From assembly GCA_009700365.1 (NCBI GenBank), contig WLME01000001.1, positions 1-32,354 on the forward strand: a DNA stretch of 32,354 nt. Reading direction: 5' to 3'. Positions 9,120 through 18,375 of this stretch are shown here, piece after piece; within the stretch, counting starts at the first letter, position 1, and every line of letters begins with the position of its first letter. Made by a program: the position numbers and the translations under genes. The notes beneath the pieces were generated by a model that worked only from the letters and a program-made list of their open reading frames with translations, had not been told where the DNA came from and ran no database searches. This DNA comes from Actinomycetota bacterium (GTDB lineage Bacteria; Actinomycetota; Actinomycetes; Nanopelagicales; Nanopelagicaceae).

Positions 9120-10592
9120 TTATTCCTGCTTTGAGGTCGCATTTTCAATGGCTTTTGCAAGTCCGCCATCGACATAGGCATGGATGGCAGTTCCCTCAGC
9201 CAGATGTTCCTCGCTAAGAATTTCTCCCTGCTCATGGATCGCACTTACCAAATCACCTCGGTTGTATGGAATCACGGTCGTAATTTCTACACTCGGATGA
9301 GGCAGCGATTTTTCAATCGCATAGACAAGTCCCTCAATTCCAAAGCCAGTACGGACTGAGAATGCATAGCTATTAGCTTCTTTGCGAAGTATCTCCATCA
9401 CGATGTCAGGATTGGCAATATCTGCCTTGTTCACTGCAATTATCTCTGGGATGTCTCCCCCACCTATTTCGGAAATAACTTGCCGCACAGCACGAATTTG
9501 CTCAAATGGATCTGAGTGTGAACCATCTACTACATGCACAATGAGATCTGCACCTGAAACTTCTTCAAGGGTAGATTTAAATGCATCTACAAGTTGATGT
9601 GGTAAATGGCGAACAAAACCGACTGTATCTGAGAGTGTATAAATTCGACCTTCTGAAGTTTCACATTTGCGAACGGTGGGGTCCAGAGTGGCAAAGAGCG
9701 CATTTTCAACCAGAACATTGGCACCCGTTAGTGCATTCAAAAGCGAAGATTTGCCGGCATTTGTGTAGCCAGCTATCGCGACCGATGGAATATTAAATCT
9801 CTTGCGCTCTTGGCGTTTGGTGTCTCGAGAAACTTTCATCTCCGCAATTTCACGTCGAAGCTTTGCCATCTTGTCACGAATTCGGCGTCGGTCGGTTTCA
9901 ATCTTTGTTTCGCCGGGACCGCGACCACCAATACCTGCTCCACCTGCTGCACGGCCACCAACCTGGCGCGAAAGTGAATCTCCCCAACCACGAAGTCGAG
10001 GAAGCAGATAGGCAATTTGCGCTAATTCAACTTGAGCCTTGCCCTCTTTGCTCTTTGCATGTTGTGCAAAAATATCGAGAATGAGCGCAACTCTATCTAC
10101 AACTTTCACCTTTAATTTATCTTCAAGGGTACGCAGTTGTGCAGGTGAAAGTTCACCATCACACACGACAGTATCTGCACCGGTTGCTACAACGATTTGT
10201 CGAAGTTCGACCAATTTTCCAGAACCAATATAGGTAGCAGGATCTGGTCTATCACGTCGTTGGATGAGCGCTTCAAGAACTTCTGAGCCAGCTGTTTCAG
10301 CGAGTGCTTTGAGTTCGGACATGGAGTTCTCGGCCATCTCAGCAGTGCCTTCGGTCCATACTCCAACCAGCACAACGCGTTCTAATTGAAGTTGGCGGTA
10401 TTCGGCCTCGGAGATATCTTGTAGTTCGGTTGAGAAACCTTTGATTCGGCGAAGCGCATTGCGGTCTGAGAGCTCTTGTTGATCGTTTTCTTGGAAATCA
10501 TTTTCATCGTAATCAAAGTCTGAAGCTACACGAGCGGTTTCGCGTAATAGTTCTTCGAAGAGTTTGTCGTAATTATCTTCAGGAGTCGTCAT
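9120..10592 (-). CDS. hflX: Ribosome-splitting GTPase HflX
   Basis: LILDIFAQHA, GPGETKIE, GYTNAGKS, LFATLDPT, DTVGF, NKAD. Confidence 0.97.
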   Translation of the reverse strand: MTTPEDNYDKLFEELLRETARVASDFDYDENDFQENDQQELSDRNALRRIKGFSTELQDISEAEYRQLQLERVVLVGVWTEGTAEMAENSMSELKALAETAGSEVLEALIQRRDRPDPATYIGSGKLVELRQIVVATGADTVVCDGELSPAQLRTLEDKLKVKVVDRVALILDIFAQHAKSKEGKAQVELAQIAYLLPRLRGWGDSLSRQVGGRAAGGAGIGGRGPGETKIETDRRRIRDKMAKLRREIAEMKVSRDTKRQERKRFNIPSVAIAGYTNAGKSSLLNALTGANVLVENALFATLDPTVRKCETSEGRIYTLSDTVGFVRHLPHQLVDAFKSTLEEVSGADLIVHVVDGSHSDPFEQIRAVRQVISEIGGGDIPEIIAVNKADIANPDIVMEILRKEANSYAFSVRTGFGIEGLVYAIEKSLPHPSVEITTVIPYNRGDLVSAIHEQGEILSEEHLAEGTAIHAYVDGGLAKAIENATSKQE

Positions 10593-11398
10593 TAAGCAAG
10601 ATACTTTGTGAGGTCGTGATCTTCCACAATGACTGCGGGTCCAATCAAAGTTGCATTCGAGTGGCCATCGATATCAACGATTAGCCGACCACCTGGTGGA
10701 TAAATTGTCCAGCGCGAAGGAAGCTTTCCATTCGTCTTTAGCGTCGCAGCGAGAGCGACTGCGCACGTTCCTGTTCCGCAGGATCGAGTTTCACCGCTAC
10801 CACGTTCGTGAACACGCATCTTCGCCTCAAAATTAGGGAGTAACTCTACAAATTCCACATTAACCCCATCAGGATATGAAGATGCTGGAGAAACCGAAGG
10901 CGCCTCGAGCAAGGACCCGACTTGATCCATTGACTCTACAAAGACCACAGCATGTGGGTTGCCGACATTGATATTGAAACCAGACCATGTATGACCATTC
11001 TGGGAAGCCTCGATTTCTTCCATCTCATCGGTTACATGGCCCATGTTGACTGAGATGTCACCCTCGCGAGGCACGCGTAGGTGTTTCAATCCAGCACGTG
11101 TATCGATTGCAAAGATTCCTTCAGCCTGAAGGTCACGAGTAACTAAGTATTTGGCCATTACGCGAATTCCATTACCGCACATTTCAGCAATCGAACCATC
11201 AGCATTGCGATAATCCATAAACCATTTATTCTCACTCTTAATAATGCGAATGAGGCCATCAGCCCCGATTCCATCCTCGCGATTGCAAATTCGAGCGATC
11301 TGGCTCGCAGAAATCTGAATCGCATCTTCTGGGTCATAGACGATAACGAAATCATTTTCGGTTCCGTGGCCGTATGTTCCAATAACTGGGATAGTCAT
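10592..11398 (-). CDS. dapF: Diaminopimelate epimerase
   Basis: HGTENDF, AEMCGNG, GNPH, GVNVE, ERGSGETRSCGTG (both catalytic Cys). Confidence 0.97.
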   Translation of the reverse strand: MTIPVIGTYGHGTENDFVIVYDPEDAIQISASQIARICNREDGIGADGLIRIIKSENKWFMDYRNADGSIAEMCGNGIRVMAKYLVTRDLQAEGIFAIDTRAGLKHLRVPREGDISVNMGHVTDEMEEIEASQNGHTWSGFNINVGNPHAVVFVESMDQVGSLLEAPSVSPASSYPDGVNVEFVELLPNFEAKMRVHERGSGETRSCGTGTCAVALAATLKTNGKLPSRWTIYPPGGRLIVDIDGHSNATLIGPAVIVEDHDLTKYLA

Positions 11399-11402
11399 AA
11401 TG

Positions 11403-12305
11403 TTATGAGTTTATCTTCTGGAGGATAGTTTCAAGTCGTGGTTGGTGTTGAGCTACCCATTGGATTCGGGCATCACGTGAAAACCAAGTCTCTTGCCGCC
11501 TTGCATACTGGCGACTGGCTCGCTTTGTATCTTCCTTTGCCTCTTCTTCAGTCATAGTTCCCTCACGCATCGAAATTATCTGGGCATATCCAAGAGCTCT
11601 TCGAGCGGTAACACCATCTTTTATTCCCCTGGCGATAAGTTCATCTACTTCAGGGACAAATCCGCAATCCCACATTCGGTCAACTCGTGCATCAATTCTT
11701 TCTCGCAGATGATCACGATCCATGACTAAACCAAATTGCATCGCATCGGGATAACGTGAACTATCTTCCCGCGGAAGATTTGCCGTAAAAGGTTGGCCGG
11801 TTATTTCAATGACTTCCAAGGCTCGAATTACTCGCCTGATATTAGCTCTATCGATTGCTAATGCCGCTGCCGGATCTAACTCTTCAAGACGAGCGAAGAG
11901 CGATGAGGCTCCAAATTCCTCGACCTCGGCCTCCAACTTTGCTCTCACTTCAGGATCTGTATCGGGGAAATTAAGCTCGTCAAGAATCGCTTTGATGTAG
12001 AGCCCAGTGCCACCAACAATAACTGCATCCTTGCCGCGAGCATGAATATCTGAAATAAAAGAGCGGGCTAATTCTTGGTACCAAGCAACTGTTGAATCTT
12101 GGTTCACTTCGAGTACATCAAGTAGGTGATGTGGAATACCACCTCGATCTGCGACTGCGAGTTTGGCGGTACCAATATCCATTCCCCGGTATAACTGCAT
12201 CGAATCTGCATTGATGATTTCGGCATCTAACTCTTTCGCCACTTCAATTGCGATATCGCTCTTGCCTGTAGCTGTTGCTCCACAAATCACTATTACTTTA
12301 CTCAC
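11403..12305 (-). CDS. miaA: tRNA dimethylallyltransferase
   Basis: [38 protein letters not shown]. Confidence 0.97.
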   Translation of the reverse strand: MSKVIVICGATATGKSDIAIEVAKELDAEIINADSMQLYRGMDIGTAKLAVADRGGIPHHLLDVLEVNQDSTVAWYQELARSFISDIHARGKDAVIVGGTGLYIKAILDELNFPDTDPEVRAKLEAEVEEFGASSLFARLEELDPAAALAIDRANIRRVIRALEVIEITGQPFTANLPREDSSRYPDAMQFGLVMDRDHLRERIDARVDRMWDCGFVPEVDELIARGIKDGVTARRALGYAQIISMREGTMTEEEAKEDTKRASRQYARRQETWFSRDARIQWVAQHQPRLETILQKINS

Positions 12306-13714
12306 GCACGAACCTTTGGCATCCCAAGTGTTGTAGATGATGGAGCGGTACGTGCAGCGTGTGCGTCTCCACCGCGTGTGCGGTGTACTGCCACAGCATC
12401 ACCAATCAAATAGTGCGCTGAACTTTCAGTAATCTTTACATCCACGAAATCACCCGGTCTGGCATCAGTTTCACTGCTGAAATGCACCAATCTAAAGTCT
12501 TCTGAACGACCCGTCATTCGAGACTGAGCTTCATCACGTCGTCCTTCAATTTCAGAGACCATAACGCGATGAGTTCTTCCTATAGCCTCTTGGTTTACCG
12601 AAAGTGAAATTTTCTGTTGGTGTTCATGAAGTCGGGTATAACGCTCGCCCACAACATCTTCGGGCACTTGATTCTCCATGGCGCCCGCAGGAGTTCCTGG
12701 GCGAATTGAATACTTATATGTATAGGCAGCAGCAAATCTAGCTTCCGTTGCAATATTTAATGTTCCTTGGAAATCTTCTTCGGTCTCCCCCGGGAAGCCA
12801 ACGATGATGTCGGTGGTAATCATGGCCTCAGGCATCGCCGCGCGAACACGATCGAGGATGCCTAAATACTTATCCGTCCGATATGAGCGGCGCATACTCT
12901 GCAAAATTGCATCCGACCCAGATTGCAAAGGCATATGTAGATGCGGCATGACATTAGCCGTCTGTGCCATAGCCTCGATGACATCGTCTGTGAAATCTCG
13001 TGGGTGTGGAGACATGAAACGAACTCGCTCTAATCCATCAATCTTTCCTGCTTCTCGAAGCAACTTGGCGAATGCTCCACGATCGCCAAACTCAACGCCG
13101 TAGGCATTGACGTTCTGGCCAAGCAAAGTAATTTCGATAACACCTTGGTCAACCAATGCTCGCATTTCAGTCAAGACATCTGCGGCGGGGCGATCTTTCT
13201 CGACACCGCGAAGCGTTGGAACTATGCAGAAAGTGCAGGTGTTATTGCAACCGACAGATACAGAAACCCACGAGGTGAAGGCTGAGAATCTACGGGCAGG
13301 CAATGTTGAAGGGAAGTGTTCGAGGGCCTCAAGAATTTCAATCTGGGACTCTTCTTCAACGCGTGCACGTTCGAGTAGTACTGGTAATGAGCCAACATTA
13401 TGGGTACCGAAGACAACGTCGACGTAAGGCGCCTTCTTGAGAATAATTGATTGGTCTTTCTGCGCGAGACAGCCACCGACTGCAATCTGCATTGAAGGAT
13501 TTTTCTTCTTAATGGGCGCCAAGAAACTCAAATTTCCGTAGAGCTTATTGTCAGCATTTTCACGCACTGCGCATGTATTAAAAACGACAATATCTGCCTG
13601 TTCTCCTTCTGGAACTGGAAGATATCCGGCTTCATCTAATAAACCTGCGATGCGTTCGGAATCGTGCACATTCATCTGACACCCGTAGGTCTCGACAAGA
13701 TATGTGCGCGTCAT
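12302..13714 (-). CDS. miaB: tRNA i6A37 methylthiotransferase
   Basis: [25 protein letters not shown], radical-SAM CNNTCTFC, C-terminal TRAM. Confidence 0.97.
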   Translation of the reverse strand: MTRTYLVETYGCQMNVHDSERIAGLLDEAGYLPVPEGEQADIVVFNTCAVRENADNKLYGNLSFLAPIKKKNPSMQIAVGGCLAQKDQSIILKKAPYVDVVFGTHNVGSLPVLLERARVEEESQIEILEALEHFPSTLPARRFSAFTSWVSVSVGCNNTCTFCIVPTLRGVEKDRPAADVLTEMRALVDQGVIEITLLGQNVNAYGVEFGDRGAFAKLLREAGKIDGLERVRFMSPHPRDFTDDVIEAMAQTANVMPHLHMPLQSGSDAILQSMRRSYRTDKYLGILDRVRAAMPEAMITTDIIVGFPGETEEDFQGTLNIATEARFAAAYTYKYSIRPGTPAGAMENQVPEDVVGERYTRLHEHQQKISLSVNQEAIGRTHRVMVSEIEGRRDEAQSRMTGRSEDFRLVHFSSETDARPGDFVDVKITESSAHYLIGDAVAVHRTRGGDAHAARTAPSSTTLGMPKVRA

Positions 13715-13721
13715 GGCGCCT

Positions 13722-13727
13722 ATCTTA
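13722..13727 (-). promoter_or_regulatory. Putative -10 element TAAGAT, leaderless miaB promoter
   Basis: TANNNT 7 nt upstream of ATG 13714. Confidence 0.6.
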
Positions 13728-13735
13728 TTTGAGGA

Positions 13736-14704
13736 TTAGTTAGTGATGCGAATTGGTTGAATGCCGCGCGCGATTTGACGCTCGAAATGAACTTCGCGCT
13801 TATCGTTGAATGTAGCCGCAGTTTTATATGTCGCATCCATAAATGCCTTGAGTTCTTCACGCGCCTTAAGGCCATCGCCTGAGAGATCATTGCGTTCAAA
13901 GACATTCCAAGCACGAAGAACCGGTGCAACTACATCATCAAGGTGCTGTTGAAGATCGTAGATTCCAGCTAGGGCAATCTGCACAGCCTTGCGACCAAAG
14001 CCTGGCATATTCGCACCTGGCATATCGAAGTTGGTGACTACATCGGTAATCGCTCGCATAGAGGCATTTGGTTCCATATCAAGTGCTGCTGAGAGCGTAT
14101 TACGATAGAAGAGCATGTGAAGGTTTTCATCGAGTGCAACGCGTTGCATCATGCCTTCTGCAATTGGATCATCAGAAAGTTTTCCAGTGTTACGGTGCGA
14201 AATACGAGTAGCAAGTTCCTGGAAGGAAACATAAGCAATCGTGTGCAACATATCGTTTTCATACGGAGTTTGATATCCGAGCGACATATGGGCCATACGT
14301 AAATCTTCGAGCTCATAGGGATCTACTCCACGAGTTGCCATCAAGTAATCGCGAATCACGATTGAATGGCGGGCTTCTTCAGCAGTCCAGCGTTCAATCC
14401 AATTGCCCCATGCGCCATCACGGCCCATTGAGATAGCAATCTCGGTGTGATAACTCGGCAAGTTATCTTCGGTAAGAAGATTGAGTACAAGTGAATCCTG
14501 AGCTACGGGCGTCAGGCGCGAATCTTTAGCTTCCCAAGCGTCACCATTAAGAGGACCCGCATAATCGCGACCTTCTGACCATGGAACATACTCGTGTGGG
14601 TACCAATTCTTCTGAACTGAAAGATGGCGTTCGAGTTCGACTGCAACTACGGGTTCAAGATCACGTATCAAACGCGATTGAATGCGTGCTGACTCTTCGC
14701 TCAT
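13736..14704 (-). CDS. Soluble acyl-ACP desaturase family, ferritin-like diiron protein (DesA-like)
   Basis: WYPHEYVPW, LLTEDNLPSYH, WTAEEARH, FQELAT, DENLH diiron ligand motifs. Confidence 0.9.
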   Translation of the reverse strand: MSEESARIQSRLIRDLEPVVAVELERHLSVQKNWYPHEYVPWSEGRDYAGPLNGDAWEAKDSRLTPVAQDSLVLNLLTEDNLPSYHTEIAISMGRDGAWGNWIERWTAEEARHSIVIRDYLMATRGVDPYELEDLRMAHMSLGYQTPYENDMLHTIAYVSFQELATRISHRNTGKLSDDPIAEGMMQRVALDENLHMLFYRNTLSAALDMEPNASMRAITDVVTNFDMPGANMPGFGRKAVQIALAGIYDLQQHLDDVVAPVLRAWNVFERNDLSGDGLKAREELKAFMDATYKTAATFNDKREVHFERQIARGIQPIRITN

Positions 14705-14711
14705 GGGCGCA

Positions 14712-14717
14712 ACAGTA
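14712..14717 (-). promoter_or_regulatory. Putative -10 element TACTGT, leaderless desaturase promoter
   Basis: TANNNT 7 nt upstream of ATG 14704. Confidence 0.55.
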
Positions 14718-14742
14718 CGGCAGTGAATCGGTTACTAACGAG

Positions 14743-15426
14743 TTAGAGATTATCTTTCGCGCGTTGTTGCGCCTGTTGTGTGCGCCACTTCGCAATTTCA
14801 GCATGGTTGCCACTCAAAAGAATCTCGGGAACTGAGATTCCTCGCCATTCTTGAGGTTTGGTGAAATTCGGATATTCGAGATATCCCTCACTGTTATGCG
14901 ACTCCTCTATCAGTGACTCTGGATTTCCAAGGACACCCGGTATCAAACGAGTGATTGCTTCAATCATCACCATCGAGGCAACTTCTCCTCCACCAAGTAC
15001 GTAATCTCCTATGGATACTTCGTGGACGCGAATTTTGCGAGATTTAAATTCTGGTTGAGAGTAATACTGACGCACGCGATCATCGATACCTTCATAGCGG
15101 CCGCATGCGAATATCAGTTGAGTTGACTTCGCAAAATTCTCGGCAAGATTTTGATTAAATCTTTTTCCAGCGGGCGTAAGGATGATGATGTCGGCGCCGT
15201 CAGAAATAACTGAGTCAATTGATTTTCCCCAGACTTCAGGGAGCATGACCATGCCTGCTCCACCACCATAGGGAGTATCATCGACAGTGTTGTGATTGTC
15301 ATTGGACTGTGCACGCAGATCGTGAACTGTGATGTCTACCAAACCTGCGTTCTGCGCTTTCCCAAGTAACGACAGTTTCAGCGGTGCTAAGTACTCGGGG
15401 AATATTGAGATGACATCTATTTTCAT
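14743..15426 (-). CDS. trmD: tRNA (guanine37-N1)-methyltransferase
   Basis: DDTPYGGGAGMV, CGRYEGID, SIGDYVLGGGE, VPEILLSGNH. Confidence 0.98.
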   Translation of the reverse strand: MKIDVISIFPEYLAPLKLSLLGKAQNAGLVDITVHDLRAQSNDNHNTVDDTPYGGGAGMVMLPEVWGKSIDSVISDGADIIILTPAGKRFNQNLAENFAKSTQLIFACGRYEGIDDRVRQYYSQPEFKSRKIRVHEVSIGDYVLGGGEVASMVMIEAITRLIPGVLGNPESLIEESHNSEGYLEYPNFTKPQEWRGISVPEILLSGNHAEIAKWRTQQAQQRAKDNL

Positions 15427-15926
15427 CAGATACTCCCCGCAATATCTGGCGGAATCACTGTCATCATCTTCTTCTTAATATCAACAACTGGAACCAATTG
15501 ACGCACAAATGGAATCAGTACTTCACCAGATTCAGTCTTAATGGAGAGGACATCTTGGCCAGGAAGGTTGAGAACATCGCTCACTACGCCGAATTCATCT
15601 CCATCGATAAGAAAAGCTTTGCAACCAACGAGTTGAAGGACGTGATAATCGTCCTCATCGATACCTGGCGCATCTATATCGACATCGGCAAAGAGAAGTT
15701 CATTACGTAGACCTTCAATTGCATTGCGGTCTTCAATTCCGTCAAAACCAAGCAACAAGATTCCATTGTGTACCCGTGCAGAAACCACGGTTAATTCACC
15801 GTGGTTTTCTGTCTGTAAGACTGCGCCGATGGCGAAGCGATCTTCTGCTTCATCTGTTCGGACTTCGATAGTTGCTTCACCAAGAATTCCGTGAGCTTTA
15901 CCGATGCGGCCCACGTTTAATTTCAT
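15426..15926 (-). CDS. rimM: Ribosome maturation factor RimM
   Basis: VGRIGKAHGILGE, LIPFV PRC barrel; start reassigned to ATG 15926 because the longer ORF overlaps khpA. Confidence 0.95.
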   Translation of the reverse strand: MKLNVGRIGKAHGILGEATIEVRTDEAEDRFAIGAVLQTENHGELTVVSARVHNGILLLGFDGIEDRNAIEGLRNELLFADVDIDAPGIDEDDYHVLQLVGCKAFLIDGDEFGVVSDVLNLPGQDVLSIKTESGEVLIPFVRQLVPVVDIKKKMMTVIPPDIAGSI

Positions 15927-15939
15927 GGGTGTTAAAGAG

Positions 15940-16179
15940 TTAACGAACCTCGTCGGTATCGATGAGATCGACACGTACTGAGCGACCAGCAAGTGCGCTT
16001 ACGACTGTGCGAAGCGCCTTTGCTGTACGTCCATTACGACCGATTACCTTGCCTATATCGTCAGGATTAACACGAACTTCGAGCGTAGTGCCACGACGGT
16101 GTGTCTTCTCTTTGACATTGACATCGTCAGGGTTATCAACGATTCCCTTTACGAGATGTTCGAGAGCTTCATCAATCAT
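15940..16179 (-). CDS. khpA: KH-domain RNA-binding protein KhpA (YlqC/UPF0109)
   Basis: DIGKVIGRNGRTAKALR KH motif; conserved rpsP-khpA-rimM order. Confidence 0.93.
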   Translation of the reverse strand: MIDEALEHLVKGIVDNPDDVNVKEKTHRRGTTLEVRVNPDDIGKVIGRNGRTAKALRTVVSALAGRSVRVDLIDTDEVR

Positions 16180-16181
16180 TA

Positions 16182-16781
16182 TTACTCTGCTGCCGCTTCT
16201 GCTTCAGGAGTTTCAGTTGCTTCTGCTACAGCTTCAACAGCTTCCGTTACAGAACTTATTTCTGCAGCAACATCTTGAGCTGGAACCTCGGACACACTTG
16301 CATCAGAAGTTGGCTCGGACACCTCGGACTCAGTTGCAACCGCAGCTGGTTCGGACACTTCAACTACAGGGTTTGCCTTAGCAGCAAGCTTCTCTTGCGC
16401 CTTCTTCTTCAGCGTTGTTGCACCTTCTGCAGGTTCTGCAGCAGCAGCCTTAACAGCTGCTTCATATGCAACGCTCTTATGTGGCTTTGGTGCTGCAAAA
16501 CGTAGCGTGCCTTCAGTTCCTGGAAGACCCTTGAACTTCTGCCAATCTCCGGTCACCTTCAAGAGCGCCTCTACAGCCTCTGAAGCTTGTGCACCAACAC
16601 CGAGCCAGTACAGAGCGCGCTCTGAATTAACTTCGATGATTGATGGTTCTTGACCTGGAACGTAGCGACCGATCTCTTCAATTGAGAGACCGTTACGCGC
16701 CTTGCGTGAATCTGTAACGACGATGCGGAAATATGGTGTGCGGATTTTTCCCATGCGCATTAAACGAATTTTTGTTGACAA
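16182..16781 (-). CDS. rpsP: 30S ribosomal protein S16 with long acidic C-terminal tail
   Basis: TTG start at 16781 with SD AGGAG upstream; [31 protein letters not shown]; 199 aa. Confidence 0.96.
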   Translation of the reverse strand: MSTKIRLMRMGKIRTPYFRIVVTDSRKARNGLSIEEIGRYVPGQEPSIIEVNSERALYWLGVGAQASEAVEALLKVTGDWQKFKGLPGTEGTLRFAAPKPHKSVAYEAAVKAAAAEPAEGATTLKKKAQEKLAAKANPVVEVSEPAAVATESEVSEPTSDASVSEVPAQDVAAEISSVTEAVEAVAEATETPEAEAAAE

Positions 16782-16810
16782 AGAAGTAGTGCTCCTAATA
16801 AGTGTGTCGT

Positions 16811-16891
16811 ACCAAATTGCTACAGCGGGGTGCGTAGCCAAGAGGTCCAACTGTGGATTGGATTGTTACCGGGGTAGAGGGCCCTGTAACA
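16811..16891 (-). ncRNA. Candidate structured 5' leader of the rpsP operon
   Basis: Two hairpins with C-rich loops (16864-16891 and 16819-16838) between a TGGCAAGAT extended -10 candidate (16900-16908) and the SD. Confidence 0.5.
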
Positions 16892-16929
16892 GGTGGCTTA
16901 TCTTGCCAGTTACGCTCACAATGTGGAAA

Positions 16930-18363
16930 TCAGCCGTTTTCCAACGCTCGCTTGGCGGGGTTTCCAGACTTCGACTTCTTCTTTTGAATGGGGGCTGCCT
17001 TTTTAGGTGCAGGTGGCATACCCGGCATTCCGGGCGGCATTCCCGCAGGCATCCCGCCATTGCGCATCTGCTTCATCATCTTCTGCGCAGCTGTGAATTT
17101 ATCAACCAATGCATTTACATCTGAGACTTTACGACCAGCACCCAGTGCAATGCGAGCTCGGCGTGAACCGTTGAGTACTTTGAGATCGCGACGTTCAAGC
17201 GGCGTCATTGATTGCACAATCGCCTTAGTGCGAGTTATCTCTGATTCGTCAAAGTTATCAATCTGCTTCTTCATCTGGCCAGCTCCTGGCAACATGCCAA
17301 GTAACTTGCCCATGGAGCCCATCTTCGACATCGCCTCAATTTGCTCGAGGAAATCATCGAGAGTGAAATCTTCACCGGCAATGAACTTATCTTCGAGCTT
17401 TTTAGCAGAGTCACCGTCAAAGGCTTTCTTGGCTTGCTCTGCAAGAGTTGCAACATCGCCCATTCCGAGGATGCGAGATGCCATGCGATCGGGATAGAAG
17501 ATTTCGAAATCAGATAACTTTTCACCTGTTGATGCAAACATAATCGGACGGCCAGTAAGAGCTGAAATGGATAGAGCTGCGCCACCGCGTGCATCGCCAT
17601 CAAGTTTTGTTAGTACTACCCCATCAAAACCAACGCCATCTTGGAATGCCTTTGCTGTGCGGACTGCATCCTGTCCAATCATGGCATCTACTACGAAGAG
17701 AATTTCATCTGGATTTACTGCATCGCGGATTGCGATAGCTTCCTTCATCAACTCTTCATCTACGCCGAGGCGTCCTGCAGTATCAACAATGACAATGTTG
17801 TGAAGTTTCGACTTCGCAAATGCGATGCCATCCTGCGCAACCTTTACAGGGTTACCGATTCCATTACCAGGTTCAGGTGCAAAGACGGGAACGCCAGCTG
17901 CTTGACCAACAACTTGGAGTTGATTGACTGCATTAGGACGCTGAAGATCAGATGCAATCAGAATTGGAGTATCACCTTGATCTTTAAAGAACTTTGCAAG
18001 CTTTGCAGCAAGCGTTGTTTTACCAGCGCCTTGTAGCCCTGCAAGCATGATCACAGTTGGCGGATTCTTAGCCAGACGAACGCGACGAGCTCCCCCACCA
18101 AGTATTTCGGTGAGTTCGCCATTTACGACATCAAAGATTGCTTGCGCTTGATTGGTGCCAGATTGCAGCGTTGGCAGTACCTCAAGGGATTTCTCATGAA
18201 TTTTCTGGGTAAAGCTTTCAACAACTTCGAGGGCAACATCTGCCTCCAGCAGCGCCTGACGAATATCTGCAGTTGTTGCATCGATATCTTTTTCAGAGAT
18301 TTTTCCACGGGAGCGAAGCGCACTAAATGCGCCTGCAAATTTACTGGAGAGTGTGTCGAACAT
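16930..18363 (-). CDS. ffh: Signal recognition particle protein
   Basis: GLQGAGKTT, DTAGR, TKLDGDARGG, M-domain SMTPLER, actinobacterial KSGNPAKR tail. Confidence 0.98.
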   Translation of the reverse strand: MFDTLSSKFAGAFSALRSRGKISEKDIDATTADIRQALLEADVALEVVESFTQKIHEKSLEVLPTLQSGTNQAQAIFDVVNGELTEILGGGARRVRLAKNPPTVIMLAGLQGAGKTTLAAKLAKFFKDQGDTPILIASDLQRPNAVNQLQVVGQAAGVPVFAPEPGNGIGNPVKVAQDGIAFAKSKLHNIVIVDTAGRLGVDEELMKEAIAIRDAVNPDEILFVVDAMIGQDAVRTAKAFQDGVGFDGVVLTKLDGDARGGAALSISALTGRPIMFASTGEKLSDFEIFYPDRMASRILGMGDVATLAEQAKKAFDGDSAKKLEDKFIAGEDFTLDDFLEQIEAMSKMGSMGKLLGMLPGAGQMKKQIDNFDESEITRTKAIVQSMTPLERRDLKVLNGSRRARIALGAGRKVSDVNALVDKFTAAQKMMKQMRNGGMPAGMPPGMPGMPPAPKKAAPIQKKKSKSGNPAKRALENG

Positions 18364-18375
18364 AGTGGTGGAACT

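Noticed and set aside
17012-17060. Short tandem GMP repeats at the ffh 3' end
   Set aside because: Ordinary Met/Gly/Pro-rich M-domain tail of actinobacterial Ffh; not a CRISPR or mobile repeat
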